From: an uncultured virus (IMG/VR IMGVR_UViG_3300020036_002912)
Lineage: Duplodnaviria > Heunggongvirae > Uroviricota > Caudoviricetes
Length of the DNA stretch: 64,000 nucleotides
IMG/VR virus record: IMGVR_UViG_3300020036_002912
Strand: one strand, 5' to 3'
Shown here: piece by piece, positions 48,826 through 60,047 of the stretch
Position numbering within the stretch: position 1 is the stretch's first letter
How the letters are laid out: every line of letters starts with the position of its first letter
Translations under genes and position numbers: made by a program
Notes under the pieces: model-generated
What the model was told of the DNA's origin: nothing
Databases searched by the model: none
What the model saw: the letters and a program-made list of their open reading frames with translations, nothing else

Positions 48826-49671
48826 ATGCAAATAAACAAAAAATCAATTATTGACGATGTCATGTACATCATGTCCAAAGGTGGTTTAACGGACGATGCC
48901 CGCTATGATGTTGATTGGCTTAGTTATAAGATCGACCAAGTTCGTGCAGAATTAATTGTAAAGGAATACGATACTACAAAGACTATTGATAATAATTGGT
49001 TAAGCGATTTAGGTTTAATTGATTTTCATAAAGTGAATTTCGCTGATGACAGAACTGTTACTTATTGCGGATGCGATATTTCAAAAGCTACATTACCCCA
49101 ACTTATCACTCTGTATGTTCAGAATGGTAACATTGATATGGGTGTGTGGACTGTTATTTCAGCATGTGGTAAAACACGTTACTTCTATAAGCCACAAAGC
49201 TTATGGAGCTATACACCATCGGAACATACGCACAAATTATTCAGATATTTTAGTAGAATAAACACTTCCATTTATGTTGATCATGTAGTTGACCAATTAA
49301 GAGTGATCGCTTTATTAGCGCAACCTGAAGAAGGAATACTAATTAATAGCACACCGGTGGCAAGTGGAAGCATCGCTGTAGGAACCGTTTATTACGTGAA
49401 GTACAATCAGATCGTTTACAACGGTACTGTGTATGCTAAAGGAACTACATTCACTGGAGTTACCGGTAAAACAACTTACACGGGATCAGGTACGGTTTAT
49501 CTGAATAGTCAGATCACTAACCTACGTGAAACAGATCCTTATCCGGTTGGTCCTGATATGGCACGCGCGATAGTGTTTGAGATTATAACAAAAGAATTTG
49601 GTTTAGAAAAAGCAGTAATACCTGATACGGTAAATGACAGCGAAGACGATGCACAAAAGGGCCAAGGCTAA
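48826..49671 (+). CDS. Tail ring/adaptor-like protein
   Basis: IDQVRAELI, DPYPV...IITKE pattern; synteny. Confidence 0.55.
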   Translation: MQINKKSIIDDVMYIMSKGGLTDDARYDVDWLSYKIDQVRAELIVKEYDTTKTIDNNWLSDLGLIDFHKVNFADDRTVTYCGCDISKATLPQLITLYVQNGNIDMGVWTVISACGKTRYFYKPQSLWSYTPSEHTHKLFRYFSRINTSIYVDHVVDQLRVIALLAQPEEGILINSTPVASGSIAVGTVYYVKYNQIVYNGTVYAKGTTFTGVTGKTTYTGSGTVYLNSQITNLRETDPYPVGPDMARAIVFEIITKEFGLEKAVIPDTVNDSEDDAQKGQG

Positions 49672-50056
49672 GTATAAATATCCGCAGGTAAAAGCAAGAA
49701 TAAAAAAGCAATACCGGCAGAAGTTTAAGAAGTCAGTAACCCTTAGTGAAATAGATAAAATTTGGAAAGCGTATTTAGAAGAGGTGGTGATAAAACCTTT
49801 GCTAAGAGGGAATAAGGTAGTGGTGATCGACGGGTTTACGGTGGAGGTAGTTGGAAGAAGGGGACAGAAAAGAATGCGGTGGTTGAAAGATAATCCAATG
49901 AAGCCGGGATTAGTTTATACGATTGAATGTAATAACATTAACTTTAAGAACGGTAAATTATTCTTTAAAGCAGATGCTAAGATAAGAGAGAGATTAAAGT
50001 ATTTATTACGTAATACAGGACAATATTTTAGAATAGAAAACAATGAGTCAGAATAA
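49634..50056 (+). CDS. Basic IHF/HU-like protein
   Basis: Very basic; position before tail tube genes as in crAss-like phages. Confidence 0.5.
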   Translation: MTAKTMHKRAKAKYKYPQVKARIKKQYRQKFKKSVTLSEIDKIWKAYLEEVVIKPLLRGNKVVVIDGFTVEVVGRRGQKRMRWLKDNPMKPGLVYTIECNNINFKNGKLFFKADAKIRERLKYLLRNTGQYFRIENNESE

Positions 50057-50795
50057 ATTAATATCAATAAAAAACCCTATAGTTGACGCTATGGAGATGT
50101 TGCAAGTGGATCACGATAGGTATTTACCTATGTTCACTAACTGGGCTACGATAGCTGAGAACGACATCGGAAGCTACTTTCAGTATGTAAGAAAAAGAGC
50201 TGTGATTGACGTTGTTAATTGCGTGGCGTGTTTGCCTAGTGATTGTATGTTTTTACAGCGTGCTTTATTGGGAGATTATGGATGTGATTGCACTGACTTG
50301 TTTAATAATGTTTGTTCTAATATCACTCAGATTTCGGCTGCAGATCAGTCGAATATGGACACAGCAGGATTTTTAATTGTTGACATCGGCGGTGGTGGAA
50401 TAAATACATGGACATCTATTCCTCACGTTGTTCAGAATAACAAGATTATTTTGAATAGCAATTACGATGGACAAAAGCTCACTATTCAGTATTTAGGATT
50501 AGAAACAGATTGCGACGGGTTTGTAATGATTAGTCAAAACCACCAACAAGCGATCATGTGGAATATCATTTGGAAGTTCTACTTTCAGAGAAAGAGTCTT
50601 GCTCCCATGGAATATGGTAAAATGAAAGATGCTAAAGCTGAGTGGGACAGGGAATGTTCACACGCTCGCGCGGTTGATGGAGAATTAACTGAATCAGAAA
50701 GAGTAAGAATTGTTGCTATGCTTCACGATCCATACATCGGTATAGGATTAGGAGTAGGCATGTATCCGACAGGACCTAATAATATCGTTTGGTAA
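50043..50795 (+). CDS. Tail tubular/ring protein (P22 gp4-like)
   Basis: ACLPSD, IQYLGLETDCDGFVMI, AIMWNI pattern; synteny. Confidence 0.65.
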   Translation: MSQNKLISIKNPIVDAMEMLQVDHDRYLPMFTNWATIAENDIGSYFQYVRKRAVIDVVNCVACLPSDCMFLQRALLGDYGCDCTDLFNNVCSNITQISAADQSNMDTAGFLIVDIGGGGINTWTSIPHVVQNNKIILNSNYDGQKLTIQYLGLETDCDGFVMISQNHQQAIMWNIIWKFYFQRKSLAPMEYGKMKDAKAEWDRECSHARAVDGELTESERVRIVAMLHDPYIGIGLGVGMYPTGPNNIVW

Positions 50796-53700
50796 TTATG
50801 GCATCACAAGAATTTATAAACAACTTCAGTGGCGGGATGTTTAAAGACACGTCTTTATTGAACCAACCGGAAGGAACATATAGGGATTTAAAGAACTTTG
50901 AGGTAGTAACACATGATGGTAATACATTCTCCGTAAAGGATTCTTTGGGGAATAGATTGGTGCTTACAATTCCTTTGATTTATTCTTCAGTTGGACCGCC
51001 GGTGGTTAACCAAGCCCCGATGATGCCTATAGGATTCATATCACTACCTGATAGATTAATTGTATTTAGCACAAACAGCGAAACAGACGCGGGTAGTTAC
51101 GGTGAGATAGGGGAGATTTATTTAACCAACATTGGTCAGTCAGTGGAGGCTCAGGATCAAACTTTAACCATTGGCCCAAACATAGGCAACTACACTTATT
51201 CGGGATACGTTCCTTTATATGGACATACAGGATTGAAGTTCTCTAAAATGCACAAGATTGAAGGGTTTGGGTTTAAAGAGAACGATGCAATTGAGAGGGT
51301 TTATTGGACTGATAATAACAATCAGCCAAGGGTGTTTGATATTTCAGATGCTACGTATAGGTCATATTTCGATGATGGCGATCTTGTTACCGGAACTGAG
51401 TATATGGTATTGGGCGGTGTTGTTACTCATAGCGCTGTGGATTACGGACCGGGAATGACGGCAGGTAACGTGTTTACGTCAGGCGGTGGTACTCCGGCTA
51501 ATTACACAGTAGTAACAGGAAGCCCTTTGGTTATTCCTTATGTTGACTATGAGATTTTAAATTTTACACCTTCACGCGCGCTTGGTCAGATAATGTTCGA
51601 TGACTTAGGGACAGGAACAAAGTATTGTGGAAATCACATGTATTTTTACCGGTTAAGCAAAAGCACTTCAGGTCAAGTGACATCGTGGAGCTATGGATCA
51701 TTTCCGGTTCACGTAGGTAAAAACCAAGATTATCCTACTACCCCAACCATAAACACAAACCACAACTATGTTGGTCACGGATCAACTGCAAGTTTAGTAA
51801 ATAGCGGCAAGTCGGTTCAATTAAAGATCACTAATATTGATACCAAATACGATACTATTGAATTAGCATGTGCTGAGTTTGACCAAGACTACGAGGTTCC
51901 TTACCGTATTACTATTGTTGCTACTAAGGGAGTTAATAGTTCTACATTAAATTCGGACGGATCTATTGACATGGAGGATTTTGGTAATGTTAATTTGGGG
52001 ACATTAACCTTGGATGATATTACCTTGTTCCCTGCAAACGTATTGAAATGCAAGACATTAACAACAAATAAAAATTACATATTAGCAGGTAACATTACAG
52101 AGAGAGAAGAATTTGATGCTATAGATTTTACGGACGTAACTCCTTCTGATTTTATTTACTATATGCCTGTAGATAGGGATATTGATTACGAATCGGCTCT
52201 TAACGTGCCGGCGTTTCCAATGACTGCTTATGCTCCGTTTACTCCGAATGTAAATCCTTCTACTATTTATCCTGAAGTTAAATACACAGTTACAAGTGTA
52301 GCTGGTGGTAACGTTACTTATAACGCTGTAAGTTACGGATTAAACGAAGTGTTTGTAGGAGTAGTAGGAACAACTGCAGTAACCATTCCTGGTGCTTCAC
52401 AAGTGAGATTATGTTTTGCGTGGGAGCAATATAACCCAGTTAATAATACTAATCAAAGAAAGAATATTGTAGAGGCTAAAACAGTATTGGGAGCTTCTGG
52501 TGATACGGAATTAAACTACCGTAATCCTGCAGCGGCGATGCACTTAAAGTCGTACAGGTCTTCTGAAACTTACAGGTTCGGTATATTGTTTTATGACAAA
52601 AGAGGTAATCCTTTTTACGTAAGATGGTTGTGCGATCACACATTTACAGATATTTACACTAAAGACGGACTGCTACATGACGTAGGTGGCGTTACTCCAT
52701 ATAACAGCCTTTATTGCTTAACTCCAAACGGATTTCAATTAGATGATTTGCGTATTCCTAGAGCTATTGTCGATCAGATAAGTGGGTTTAGTATAGTTAG
52801 GGCGGAATGTGATAAGACAATCTTAACACAGGGATTGTTATGGCAAACAAGCTATTCACAACCTTCACCCGGACAATACGAAATACATCCATTGCCGGGA
52901 TATTCTTTACAGGCAACACAGGATAGTTATGGCCCTATTAATGGGCAGATTACGTATTCATATATTTGCCCTGATAGTTTGTCTGAGTTTAGAGGGTTTC
53001 AACAAGCTTTTGCTCCGGGTGATAAATTAAGAGTGGTTGGATGGTTAGACCCGGTTGATTTCGGGGCAGCTCCAGGCGTTAAATATGCATGGTGGCATAC
53101 GCAAGCCGACGATGCTTGGTCAAAACTTTACACGCATATTGATGCCGCAGACACCTCTACAAACGAATCTACTATCGTAAACATCCAAGGGATGAATGAA
53201 GCGGATACAGTTGTAAATATTATCGGCGGTGGAGACTTTTATAATGCAAGAATGTGGTTTGGAGCATCCGGCGCAAACGAGGCGGTTTACAACAACTGGT
53301 CTGGTGGTGGCCCTGGCGATTGGCAAGCGTCTGGAGCTTCAGGGTTTTTAATGGTTGGGGGTAGAAAATTAGGAGTAGTATTCGACGATGATTTGTATAA
53401 TCATCAAGGCCCAGCCGGAGGCGTTTTATACAGTGCTTCTGTTGGAGGCGTTCCGGCTAATCCAACTGTGTTTTATAAAGCTCTGACTAATTACGTTATA
53501 GATAAGCCTAACCAATACGGAGGAACTGGCGAAGATGCTAAAGCAGCAACTACGTATATTTCTACGGGTCATTTTCAACCAATAAATTCTACTGTTATTG
53601 CTGACAATTATGTTGGTGGTACGGGCGTTACAGATTACGACTACTTACAGTTTAACGAGTTGCAGGTGTTTGGAGGAGATACTTTCTTAAACCTTGTTGA

Positions 53701-55360
53701 CCAAGGATACGGACTTTATAACACTGCTTATGTAGGATTTGCCTACGACGGAAGTACAGCGGTTCCTGCTGGATGGGGATTGTTTTTTCCATGCGAAAAC
53801 CAAGTTAACTACGATCTACGTAATGGAAGAAAGGTATCTGATTTCGGAATGCATGAAAGTAATTACGGTGTAACTTATAGTGGTGTTGGAGCCGCGGCCC
53901 CTACTAATTGCGGGTTAGAAGATTATGCCTACAATGACGCTTATTCAAGTGACGGAACGCCATTTGCCTATGCTGCCTTACCGGTAAACTATGTAAACGC
54001 TGGTAGATTTCCTTTTAGAATACGATTTGCGGGTGAGAAATTCCCTGGCGAATTAGTAGATAGTTTCCGCGTATTCTTGACTAATGACTACAAAGATGTT
54101 GACGGCGGATTGGGAGAGATCAATAACCTTCGTTCAAAGGAGGGTAAAACGTTCTACTTCCAAAACCACGGTATAGGATATGTACCTATTTTAGAACGTC
54201 AAACAGTGTCGGCAACAGCCGGTGAAGCCACTACATTAGGTACTGGCGGTGTTGTAGATAGATTCGATACTATCAGCGCTGTGTATGGGAACCAACATCA
54301 ATGGAGTCTTACTGACACCGTGGATGGATTTATTTGGTTTGACATGCGCAATAAGGCGGTTATTGTAATGACGCCGGGTGGAGGCGTGAAAGAAATTACA
54401 ACTCCATTAGGATTAAGATCATTCTTTAGTGAGGTATTTTTAGAGCGTGTTACTTCTTATTATGGAGGTACATTCTTAAATTCACCTACATACGATGCTA
54501 CAAGCGATCAGCCATTATTGGGTACCGGTATTATATCAGTTTATGATCCTAAAACTAAAACATCTTATTTGACATTTAAGTTTAAGGAATGGACTCAGGA
54601 AGTGTCGGATGTTGCAACGGCAGAAAGTTCATCTCAATATCAAGTTATAAGTAAAGACTTCACCGTGGCTTACAGTCATGTTACCGGTAAGTTTATAGGG
54701 TTTTACGACAAATGTCCGGCGATCTGGCATAACCATAATCAGGTGGTGCTATCAGCTAATAATCCTAAGAACATTCAGAAGTACTACGCGGCGGATATGT
54801 ATGTTCCTGCAGATTTTGAATTGGGGGATGTTATTTGTGTTGGTGAGAAAGAATATATTTGTACGACAGCAGGTACCGTATCGGCATACGCAGCAACACC
54901 TTCAGCTTCATTATTCACTCTTATAAATCAAACCAATCAGATCTATGTGGAGAATGAAGAGAAAGCTTACACTGTTAATATTGAGGGGTATGAATACAAT
55001 AAGTATTACGGTCGTGTGGTGAATAACGAAATAGAGGTGGTGGTTAATCCTAAGTCTACAGAGCCAAGCGTGTTCGATAACTTCATTATGAGTTCTAACA
55101 ACGTGAATTTCACTGATGTAACCGTAGAAACAACGGATCAAACAGCTAGTGATTTGAGTATCACTCTTAGTAATAGGGACTACCAATACACTGATAAAGC
55201 ATGGAGAAGCAGTTTGCCGATCAGCGCTACCGGACGGATGGTTGACTACTTCTTAAAGGCTACATTCACAAAGAAGAACTGGACTACTGATCCTACTACA
55301 GTAGCGACAAGTGTTAAAATTCTCAATTTTATCAAAACTATTTTCAGAATCTCAAAATAA
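50789..55360 (+). CDS. Tail stabilisation/muzzle protein (P22 gp10-like)
   Basis: NNFSGGM, VYWTDNNNQPR, ETYRFGILFYD, FGGDTF, YGNQHQWS. Confidence 0.8.
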   Translation: MVIMASQEFINNFSGGMFKDTSLLNQPEGTYRDLKNFEVVTHDGNTFSVKDSLGNRLVLTIPLIYSSVGPPVVNQAPMMPIGFISLPDRLIVFSTNSETDAGSYGEIGEIYLTNIGQSVEAQDQTLTIGPNIGNYTYSGYVPLYGHTGLKFSKMHKIEGFGFKENDAIERVYWTDNNNQPRVFDISDATYRSYFDDGDLVTGTEYMVLGGVVTHSAVDYGPGMTAGNVFTSGGGTPANYTVVTGSPLVIPYVDYEILNFTPSRALGQIMFDDLGTGTKYCGNHMYFYRLSKSTSGQVTSWSYGSFPVHVGKNQDYPTTPTINTNHNYVGHGSTASLVNSGKSVQLKITNIDTKYDTIELACAEFDQDYEVPYRITIVATKGVNSSTLNSDGSIDMEDFGNVNLGTLTLDDITLFPANVLKCKTLTTNKNYILAGNITEREEFDAIDFTDVTPSDFIYYMPVDRDIDYESALNVPAFPMTAYAPFTPNVNPSTIYPEVKYTVTSVAGGNVTYNAVSYGLNEVFVGVVGTTAVTIPGASQVRLCFAWEQYNPVNNTNQRKNIVEAKTVLGASGDTELNYRNPAAAMHLKSYRSSETYRFGILFYDKRGNPFYVRWLCDHTFTDIYTKDGLLHDVGGVTPYNSLYCLTPNGFQLDDLRIPRAIVDQISGFSIVRAECDKTILTQGLLWQTSYSQPSPGQYEIHPLPGYSLQATQDSYGPINGQITYSYICPDSLSEFRGFQQAFAPGDKLRVVGWLDPVDFGAAPGVKYAWWHTQADDAWSKLYTHIDAADTSTNESTIVNIQGMNEADTVVNIIGGGDFYNARMWFGASGANEAVYNNWSGGGPGDWQASGASGFLMVGGRKLGVVFDDDLYNHQGPAGGVLYSASVGGVPANPTVFYKALTNYVIDKPNQYGGTGEDAKAATTYISTGHFQPINSTVIADNYVGGTGVTDYDYLQFNELQVFGGDTFLNLVDQGYGLYNTAYVGFAYDGSTAVPAGWGLFFPCENQVNYDLRNGRKVSDFGMHESNYGVTYSGVGAAAPTNCGLEDYAYNDAYSSDGTPFAYAALPVNYVNAGRFPFRIRFAGEKFPGELVDSFRVFLTNDYKDVDGGLGEINNLRSKEGKTFYFQNHGIGYVPILERQTVSATAGEATTLGTGGVVDRFDTISAVYGNQHQWSLTDTVDGFIWFDMRNKAVIVMTPGGGVKEITTPLGLRSFFSEVFLERVTSYYGGTFLNSPTYDATSDQPLLGTGIISVYDPKTKTSYLTFKFKEWTQEVSDVATAESSSQYQVISKDFTVAYSHVTGKFIGFYDKCPAIWHNHNQVVLSANNPKNIQKYYAADMYVPADFELGDVICVGEKEYICTTAGTVSAYAATPSASLFTLINQTNQIYVENEEKAYTVNIEGYEYNKYYGRVVNNEIEVVVNPKSTEPSVFDNFIMSSNNVNFTDVTVETTDQTASDLSITLSNRDYQYTDKAWRSSLPISATGRMVDYFLKATFTKKNWTTDPTTVATSVKILNFIKTIFRISK

Positions 55361-55417
55361 TTGTAACTTTTATCAAAAGACTGCGTATAACTATACAAAC
55401 CAATAAAACTTATAATT

Positions 55418-55924
55418 ATGAAAAGAGAGCATTCCCCAGAAAACATCAAGCTTGGTAAGGTTGTGTTTTTAATCAGTATTGTAGTAGCAATGTTAGCTGT
55501 CACTTTTTGCAGCGGGCAGAACTTTAACAACGTGGAGCTTCCTAGGGAAAAGGATCATGGTAAATGGTTTGCCTACTCAAAGGTTGCTTTTGATACTAAT
55601 GGAGATTCTGTTTTCTTTGGATCAATGTTTTCTCCAGGCCCATACGATTTTAAAACAATATATGTTGTAACTACTGGAAAAAATAAATGTGTACACAATT
55701 TAGTATTGGGTGTTTATTTTGAGAGCGGAGCGGTTGTTTACTTATCTGCTTACAACGTACAGAACTGCAAGGGGGAGTCTTGGTATGATCTTAGCGAAGA
55801 GGAAAAATTAAAGTTCAGGCATAGGAAAATAACAAAGATAGAGCTTTTTAATCCGTATAACTCTGATTCGTTTAAAGTGGATGATTGGGATTATCAATAT
55901 TACATTGCTGCAATTAACCAATAA
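55418..55924 (+). CDS. Secreted/membrane hypothetical protein (moron-like)
   Basis: N-terminal hydrophobic segment; own upstream box and downstream terminator. Confidence 0.6.
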   Translation: MKREHSPENIKLGKVVFLISIVVAMLAVTFCSGQNFNNVELPREKDHGKWFAYSKVAFDTNGDSVFFGSMFSPGPYDFKTIYVVTTGKNKCVHNLVLGVYFESGAVVYLSAYNVQNCKGESWYDLSEEEKLKFRHRKITKIELFNPYNSDSFKVDDWDYQYYIAAINQ

Positions 55925-55943
55925 GGTGTTAAGAAAATAATTA

Positions 55944-55972
55944 AAACCCATTGTTTGTACGATGGGTTTTTT
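55944..55972. terminator. Bidirectional terminator
   Basis: AAAACCCAT...ATGGGTTTTTT. Confidence 0.7.
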
Positions 55973-56003
55973 GCTTATATTTATAGCAAATTAATTTCAT
56001 AAC

Positions 56004-58634
56004 ATGAAAGCTCCTAAAATAAAAAAGTATCAAGACGGAGGAACTCCTAAATATGCTACTAGAAAAATGAACGCTAAAGAGTGGGATGCAGAAAACGCAA
56101 AAGCTGGACGCGTTCCTTATTCTGGAAGCGCCGAAGGAAGAGAAGGACATAAGCAGTATTTTGATCCTAAAGTTTACAAGGAAGAAAAAGATCCATCCAC
56201 AGGGTTGTTTAAATTAGCTAGATTAGATAATAAAGACGAACTTCTTCATGATATTTACACTTATGATTATTCTAAGCCTAAAGAAGCGGCTATAGTAAGC
56301 AAAGTGCCATCACCGGCAGTTGCAGAAGGACACAAACCATTAGTTATTGGCACAGCAGGAACTTATGACCCAAACACTGGCACAACTTATATTGATCCTT
56401 CTAAAAAAACAGGAACAATTGAGCCGATAGTTGAGCAATACAAGTCTGGCGGAAAAATCATGAAAGCGCCTTCATTAAAAAAAAAAGTAGGTAAATACGC
56501 TAACGGCGGTCCACTTACTCCAGAAGAGCAATCACAAGGAGCATACATTCAGAATGGTGTTAAATACAGCGCTAATGGCACTCCTATTATGGGAGATGAT
56601 ACATTTAGAACTACTGGCACTGAAGGAGAGATCACTTCTGCAACTACGCAACCATTAACAAACGGAACTGAATTTAAAGTGAGTGGTGATGCTGTAAGCA
56701 CAGGGCCACAAGCCACTGTTAATGCAGGTGCTCCGGCTCAGCAAGGTCAAAAGAAAGGTGGTGGCGGAACCGGTGATAAAGTAGGAGCTAGTATGGGATG
56801 GTTGCAATATGCAAACATGGCTAAAGATATTGGTAAAGGTCTTATTAAAAGAGACGAGATCACCGATCCAAATACAGGCCAAAAATATTCTTATGCTAAA
56901 GACAGAAATAGCGCAGGTATTGACAAAGCAATTACTCCATACCACGAAAAGTGGCAGAACGATTATAAAGAAGGCGACATGGGAAGTATGGCTGCGACGG
57001 GTGCTGGTATGTTAATCGGCGGTCCACTTACTGAAATAGCGTATGAGGGACTTATTGGCGAGAAAAAAGACAAAGATAGATTCGAGAAGAAAAAGGCAAC
57101 ATTTGAAGCACAATCTAATACCGCACAAAACATGGGTACTCGTAATGAACGATCATCATTAGCTAAAGGCGGGACAATCAAAGGTCCTGGCACCGGTAAA
57201 TCTGATTCTATTTTAAGTAGAATTGGAGATAAGGGTATTGCTTCAGGAAGCTTTATTGTACCTGAAGAAAATAACGAAATGGCTAAATCTATTCGTGCTA
57301 AAATACTTGGAGATAATCCTGAGAAAACAGCAAGCTTTAAAAAGCTAAACGGCGGTGGTGAAACAGAAGCCGATGTTGCTGTAAGTAATGGAGAACATTT
57401 ATTCACTCCTAAAGAAAAGAAAAAAATCACAGCTATGTTGGGAGAAGAAGTTCTTGAAAAACTAGCTCCTGAAGCAGAAGAGAATGATGAAATGAATTGT
57501 GGAGGCAAGGTTAAGTTGAAAGACGGAGGTACAGTTCCGGAAGGCACTAAGCTTGGTAAGTATTACTACAAAAAAGGTAATTGGATTGATGCTAGTGGCA
57601 ACAAGCTAACTAAAGAATTTGGTCAGAAATACACTGATGCTTACTTTAAGCAAACCGGTGGTAAGAGTAAAGATCAATTAGAAATGGAAGCTGATGTAAG
57701 AGCTGCTAACGAAAAGAATAATCCGGGTTATAACAGCCCTACCAAAACAGCCGATCAGTTAGCGTCGTTACAAGACACTAAACCATCTCAATTAGGCCCT
57801 AAGAAAGCCCCTAAGTCTAGTGGTAAAAAAACCGGTGTGGAATTTGTTCCTAAAATGACAGAAGACACAGGAGATTTCCCTGTAGTTCCAGGAACTAAAG
57901 AAAGTGTTTCTTTTACAGAAGCTATTGATCCTGTTTTTAAACAGAAAGCACCAATGACCGATGCTGGAGCTGATTTATTAGTTACTTCGGCTAAAAAAGC
58001 AAGTGATGAATATGTCCCTCAAACAGAAACCAAAAGAGGAAGCTCTGTATTAAGCGGAATAGGAAGTGCTATGGAATATGCTATGCCGATCGCACAAGGA
58101 ATAATGGGATACGATTACCTAAACAAAGCAGGTAAGCGCCCGGTGGACGCAATGGACCCTGACTTCGTTCAAAGTGTAGAGAAGGCTAAACAGAATGCTA
58201 TGTTTGGATTTGCACCTGAAGAGAAATTCGCTATAGATCAGCAAAACCAAAACCTTACAAACGCGGCTAGATTTACAGCTCGTAATTTATCGGGAGGTAG
58301 CGCGGCGGTTGCTCAATCAAACGAAAGAGCAGCTATTAATGATGCTTACATGAGAGGATTAGATTCTGTTATTAAGGGCAAACAATTGCAGATGGATAAA
58401 CAATTTTATGCTGACCAAACGATACAGGCTAAACAAAACAAGTCACGTCAATTGTTTCAGGACACTTTAGGTGCATGGAATCAGAATCAGCAAGCGGGAG
58501 CTTCTTTATTAGCGTCTGGTTTACAGGGATTAATTGGTGCTAAAAGGTATCAAGAAACATTAAATACAATGCAAGAAGAAGAAGCTGCTAGAAATGCTTA
58601 TAAGAATATTGACTATAGTAAATTAATCAAATAA
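56004..58634 (+). CDS. Virion cargo/ejection protein
   Basis: Repeated KYxxGG motifs, GGTIKGPGTGKSDSI, AVSNGEH. Confidence 0.65.
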   Translation: MKAPKIKKYQDGGTPKYATRKMNAKEWDAENAKAGRVPYSGSAEGREGHKQYFDPKVYKEEKDPSTGLFKLARLDNKDELLHDIYTYDYSKPKEAAIVSKVPSPAVAEGHKPLVIGTAGTYDPNTGTTYIDPSKKTGTIEPIVEQYKSGGKIMKAPSLKKKVGKYANGGPLTPEEQSQGAYIQNGVKYSANGTPIMGDDTFRTTGTEGEITSATTQPLTNGTEFKVSGDAVSTGPQATVNAGAPAQQGQKKGGGGTGDKVGASMGWLQYANMAKDIGKGLIKRDEITDPNTGQKYSYAKDRNSAGIDKAITPYHEKWQNDYKEGDMGSMAATGAGMLIGGPLTEIAYEGLIGEKKDKDRFEKKKATFEAQSNTAQNMGTRNERSSLAKGGTIKGPGTGKSDSILSRIGDKGIASGSFIVPEENNEMAKSIRAKILGDNPEKTASFKKLNGGGETEADVAVSNGEHLFTPKEKKKITAMLGEEVLEKLAPEAEENDEMNCGGKVKLKDGGTVPEGTKLGKYYYKKGNWIDASGNKLTKEFGQKYTDAYFKQTGGKSKDQLEMEADVRAANEKNNPGYNSPTKTADQLASLQDTKPSQLGPKKAPKSSGKKTGVEFVPKMTEDTGDFPVVPGTKESVSFTEAIDPVFKQKAPMTDAGADLLVTSAKKASDEYVPQTETKRGSSVLSGIGSAMEYAMPIAQGIMGYDYLNKAGKRPVDAMDPDFVQSVEKAKQNAMFGFAPEEKFAIDQQNQNLTNAARFTARNLSGGSAAVAQSNERAAINDAYMRGLDSVIKGKQLQMDKQFYADQTIQAKQNKSRQLFQDTLGAWNQNQQAGASLLASGLQGLIGAKRYQETLNTMQEEEAARNAYKNIDYSKLIK

Positions 58635-58635
58635 T

Positions 58636-60045
58636 ATGGCAGAATATGGTTTAGCTTTAGGTTTATCTCAGGATTTAGGATACGACCAAAGAATAAATGA
58701 TTTGTATAAAAAGCAAGAGATGATGCGTCTTGCGCATGAGGCTTCTAATCAGAAAGCTGAAATGTTCGCTAATGATTTGGATTTTACTGAAGGAGGAAAT
58801 GCTTTTGATGCACCGTTAGTAAAACAAAGGGCTTATGAAACTATTAATAAAATAGGACAAATAGCACGAAACAATCCTAATTGGGAATCAGATATTGCTG
58901 CCTTAACTCAAATAAAAATGTTGAGAAAAGATTTAAAAGGTAATGAACATATTACTAGAGCAATGATTACCAACGACAATTTTAAAAAGCTAAACACGGA
59001 TATGCAGACTGCTGCAAAAGACCCAAATCAGCATAATATAAAAGCTTATGAAGACGAGTTGAGTAGATATAGGAATTATGAAGCTTACGGGCACCCTGAA
59101 GGAAAAGAAGCGGCAGAAAAAGAGGGGTTAAAGCCGTTTTTGTACAATAAACCTAAAGATTTTATTGATATTAATAAGGCATTTGCTGATATCGGTAATA
59201 GCTTTAAGGACATGCGTGTGAAGTCGGTTAAGGGTGGATTAGGAGCTTATGAAGAATATGCTAACCCGGATTCTCTTAAAACAGTGGCGGCACAAATGTA
59301 TTCTCAAAACCAAAGCCAAATTGATAAGATCGCTGCCCAAAAGGGTATTGCACCTATTGATTATGTAATGGCAGGCATTAACGCTCACATCCCTAAGAAG
59401 CGGGATATGGGCGATTATGGATTGGCTAAAGAAATGGCCATGACCCGTTACAAAGCTAAATTAGCTGGCACAGGCGGACCGGAAGCTGATACATACAAAA
59501 CCTCAATAGTTGATCGCGATCACAGCGTGGTAAGTTCTGATTTAATGGACTCTATACTTGGTGATGGCGCTAAGACTATCTTAACATCAAACGATGGCAA
59601 ACAAGTATTGGATTTAACCGGTATTAGCGTTAAGCGTACAGGGTATAACTTTTACGCTGATCCTCAAAGAGGAGTTAAGTATGCTGAAGGAACGGCTTAT
59701 ATACCTATGGAAAAAGCTATTGAAATGGGAATTGTAAAATCCGGGTTTGGTATATTCACGGATGATGAAGTGAGTCCTGACTTTAATAAGTTTGCTAAGA
59801 TCGAATCTAAAGAAGGAGAAGATGGCAAATTACATAAAGCAGTGAAGATCACTGTATTTAATCCTTTTGATGTAAACAACGCTGCTAATGCGGGTGTGTT
59901 TAATGCTAAGACAATGACTTCTAAACAACGTCCTATGCCTGAGCAAGAATACCAACAAAGTGGTCAACAAATAATGGTGGATGAAGCAGGAAATCTATTT
60001 GATGTTTCAAGCGGAACACCTAAATTTATCGGTAAGAAAAAATAA
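58636..60045 (+). CDS. Virion cargo/ejection protein
   Basis: 469-aa helical protein; synteny. Confidence 0.55.
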   Translation: MAEYGLALGLSQDLGYDQRINDLYKKQEMMRLAHEASNQKAEMFANDLDFTEGGNAFDAPLVKQRAYETINKIGQIARNNPNWESDIAALTQIKMLRKDLKGNEHITRAMITNDNFKKLNTDMQTAAKDPNQHNIKAYEDELSRYRNYEAYGHPEGKEAAEKEGLKPFLYNKPKDFIDINKAFADIGNSFKDMRVKSVKGGLGAYEEYANPDSLKTVAAQMYSQNQSQIDKIAAQKGIAPIDYVMAGINAHIPKKRDMGDYGLAKEMAMTRYKAKLAGTGGPEADTYKTSIVDRDHSVVSSDLMDSILGDGAKTILTSNDGKQVLDLTGISVKRTGYNFYADPQRGVKYAEGTAYIPMEKAIEMGIVKSGFGIFTDDEVSPDFNKFAKIESKEGEDGKLHKAVKITVFNPFDVNNAANAGVFNAKTMTSKQRPMPEQEYQQSGQQIMVDEAGNLFDVSSGTPKFIGKKK

Positions 60046-60047
60046 CT

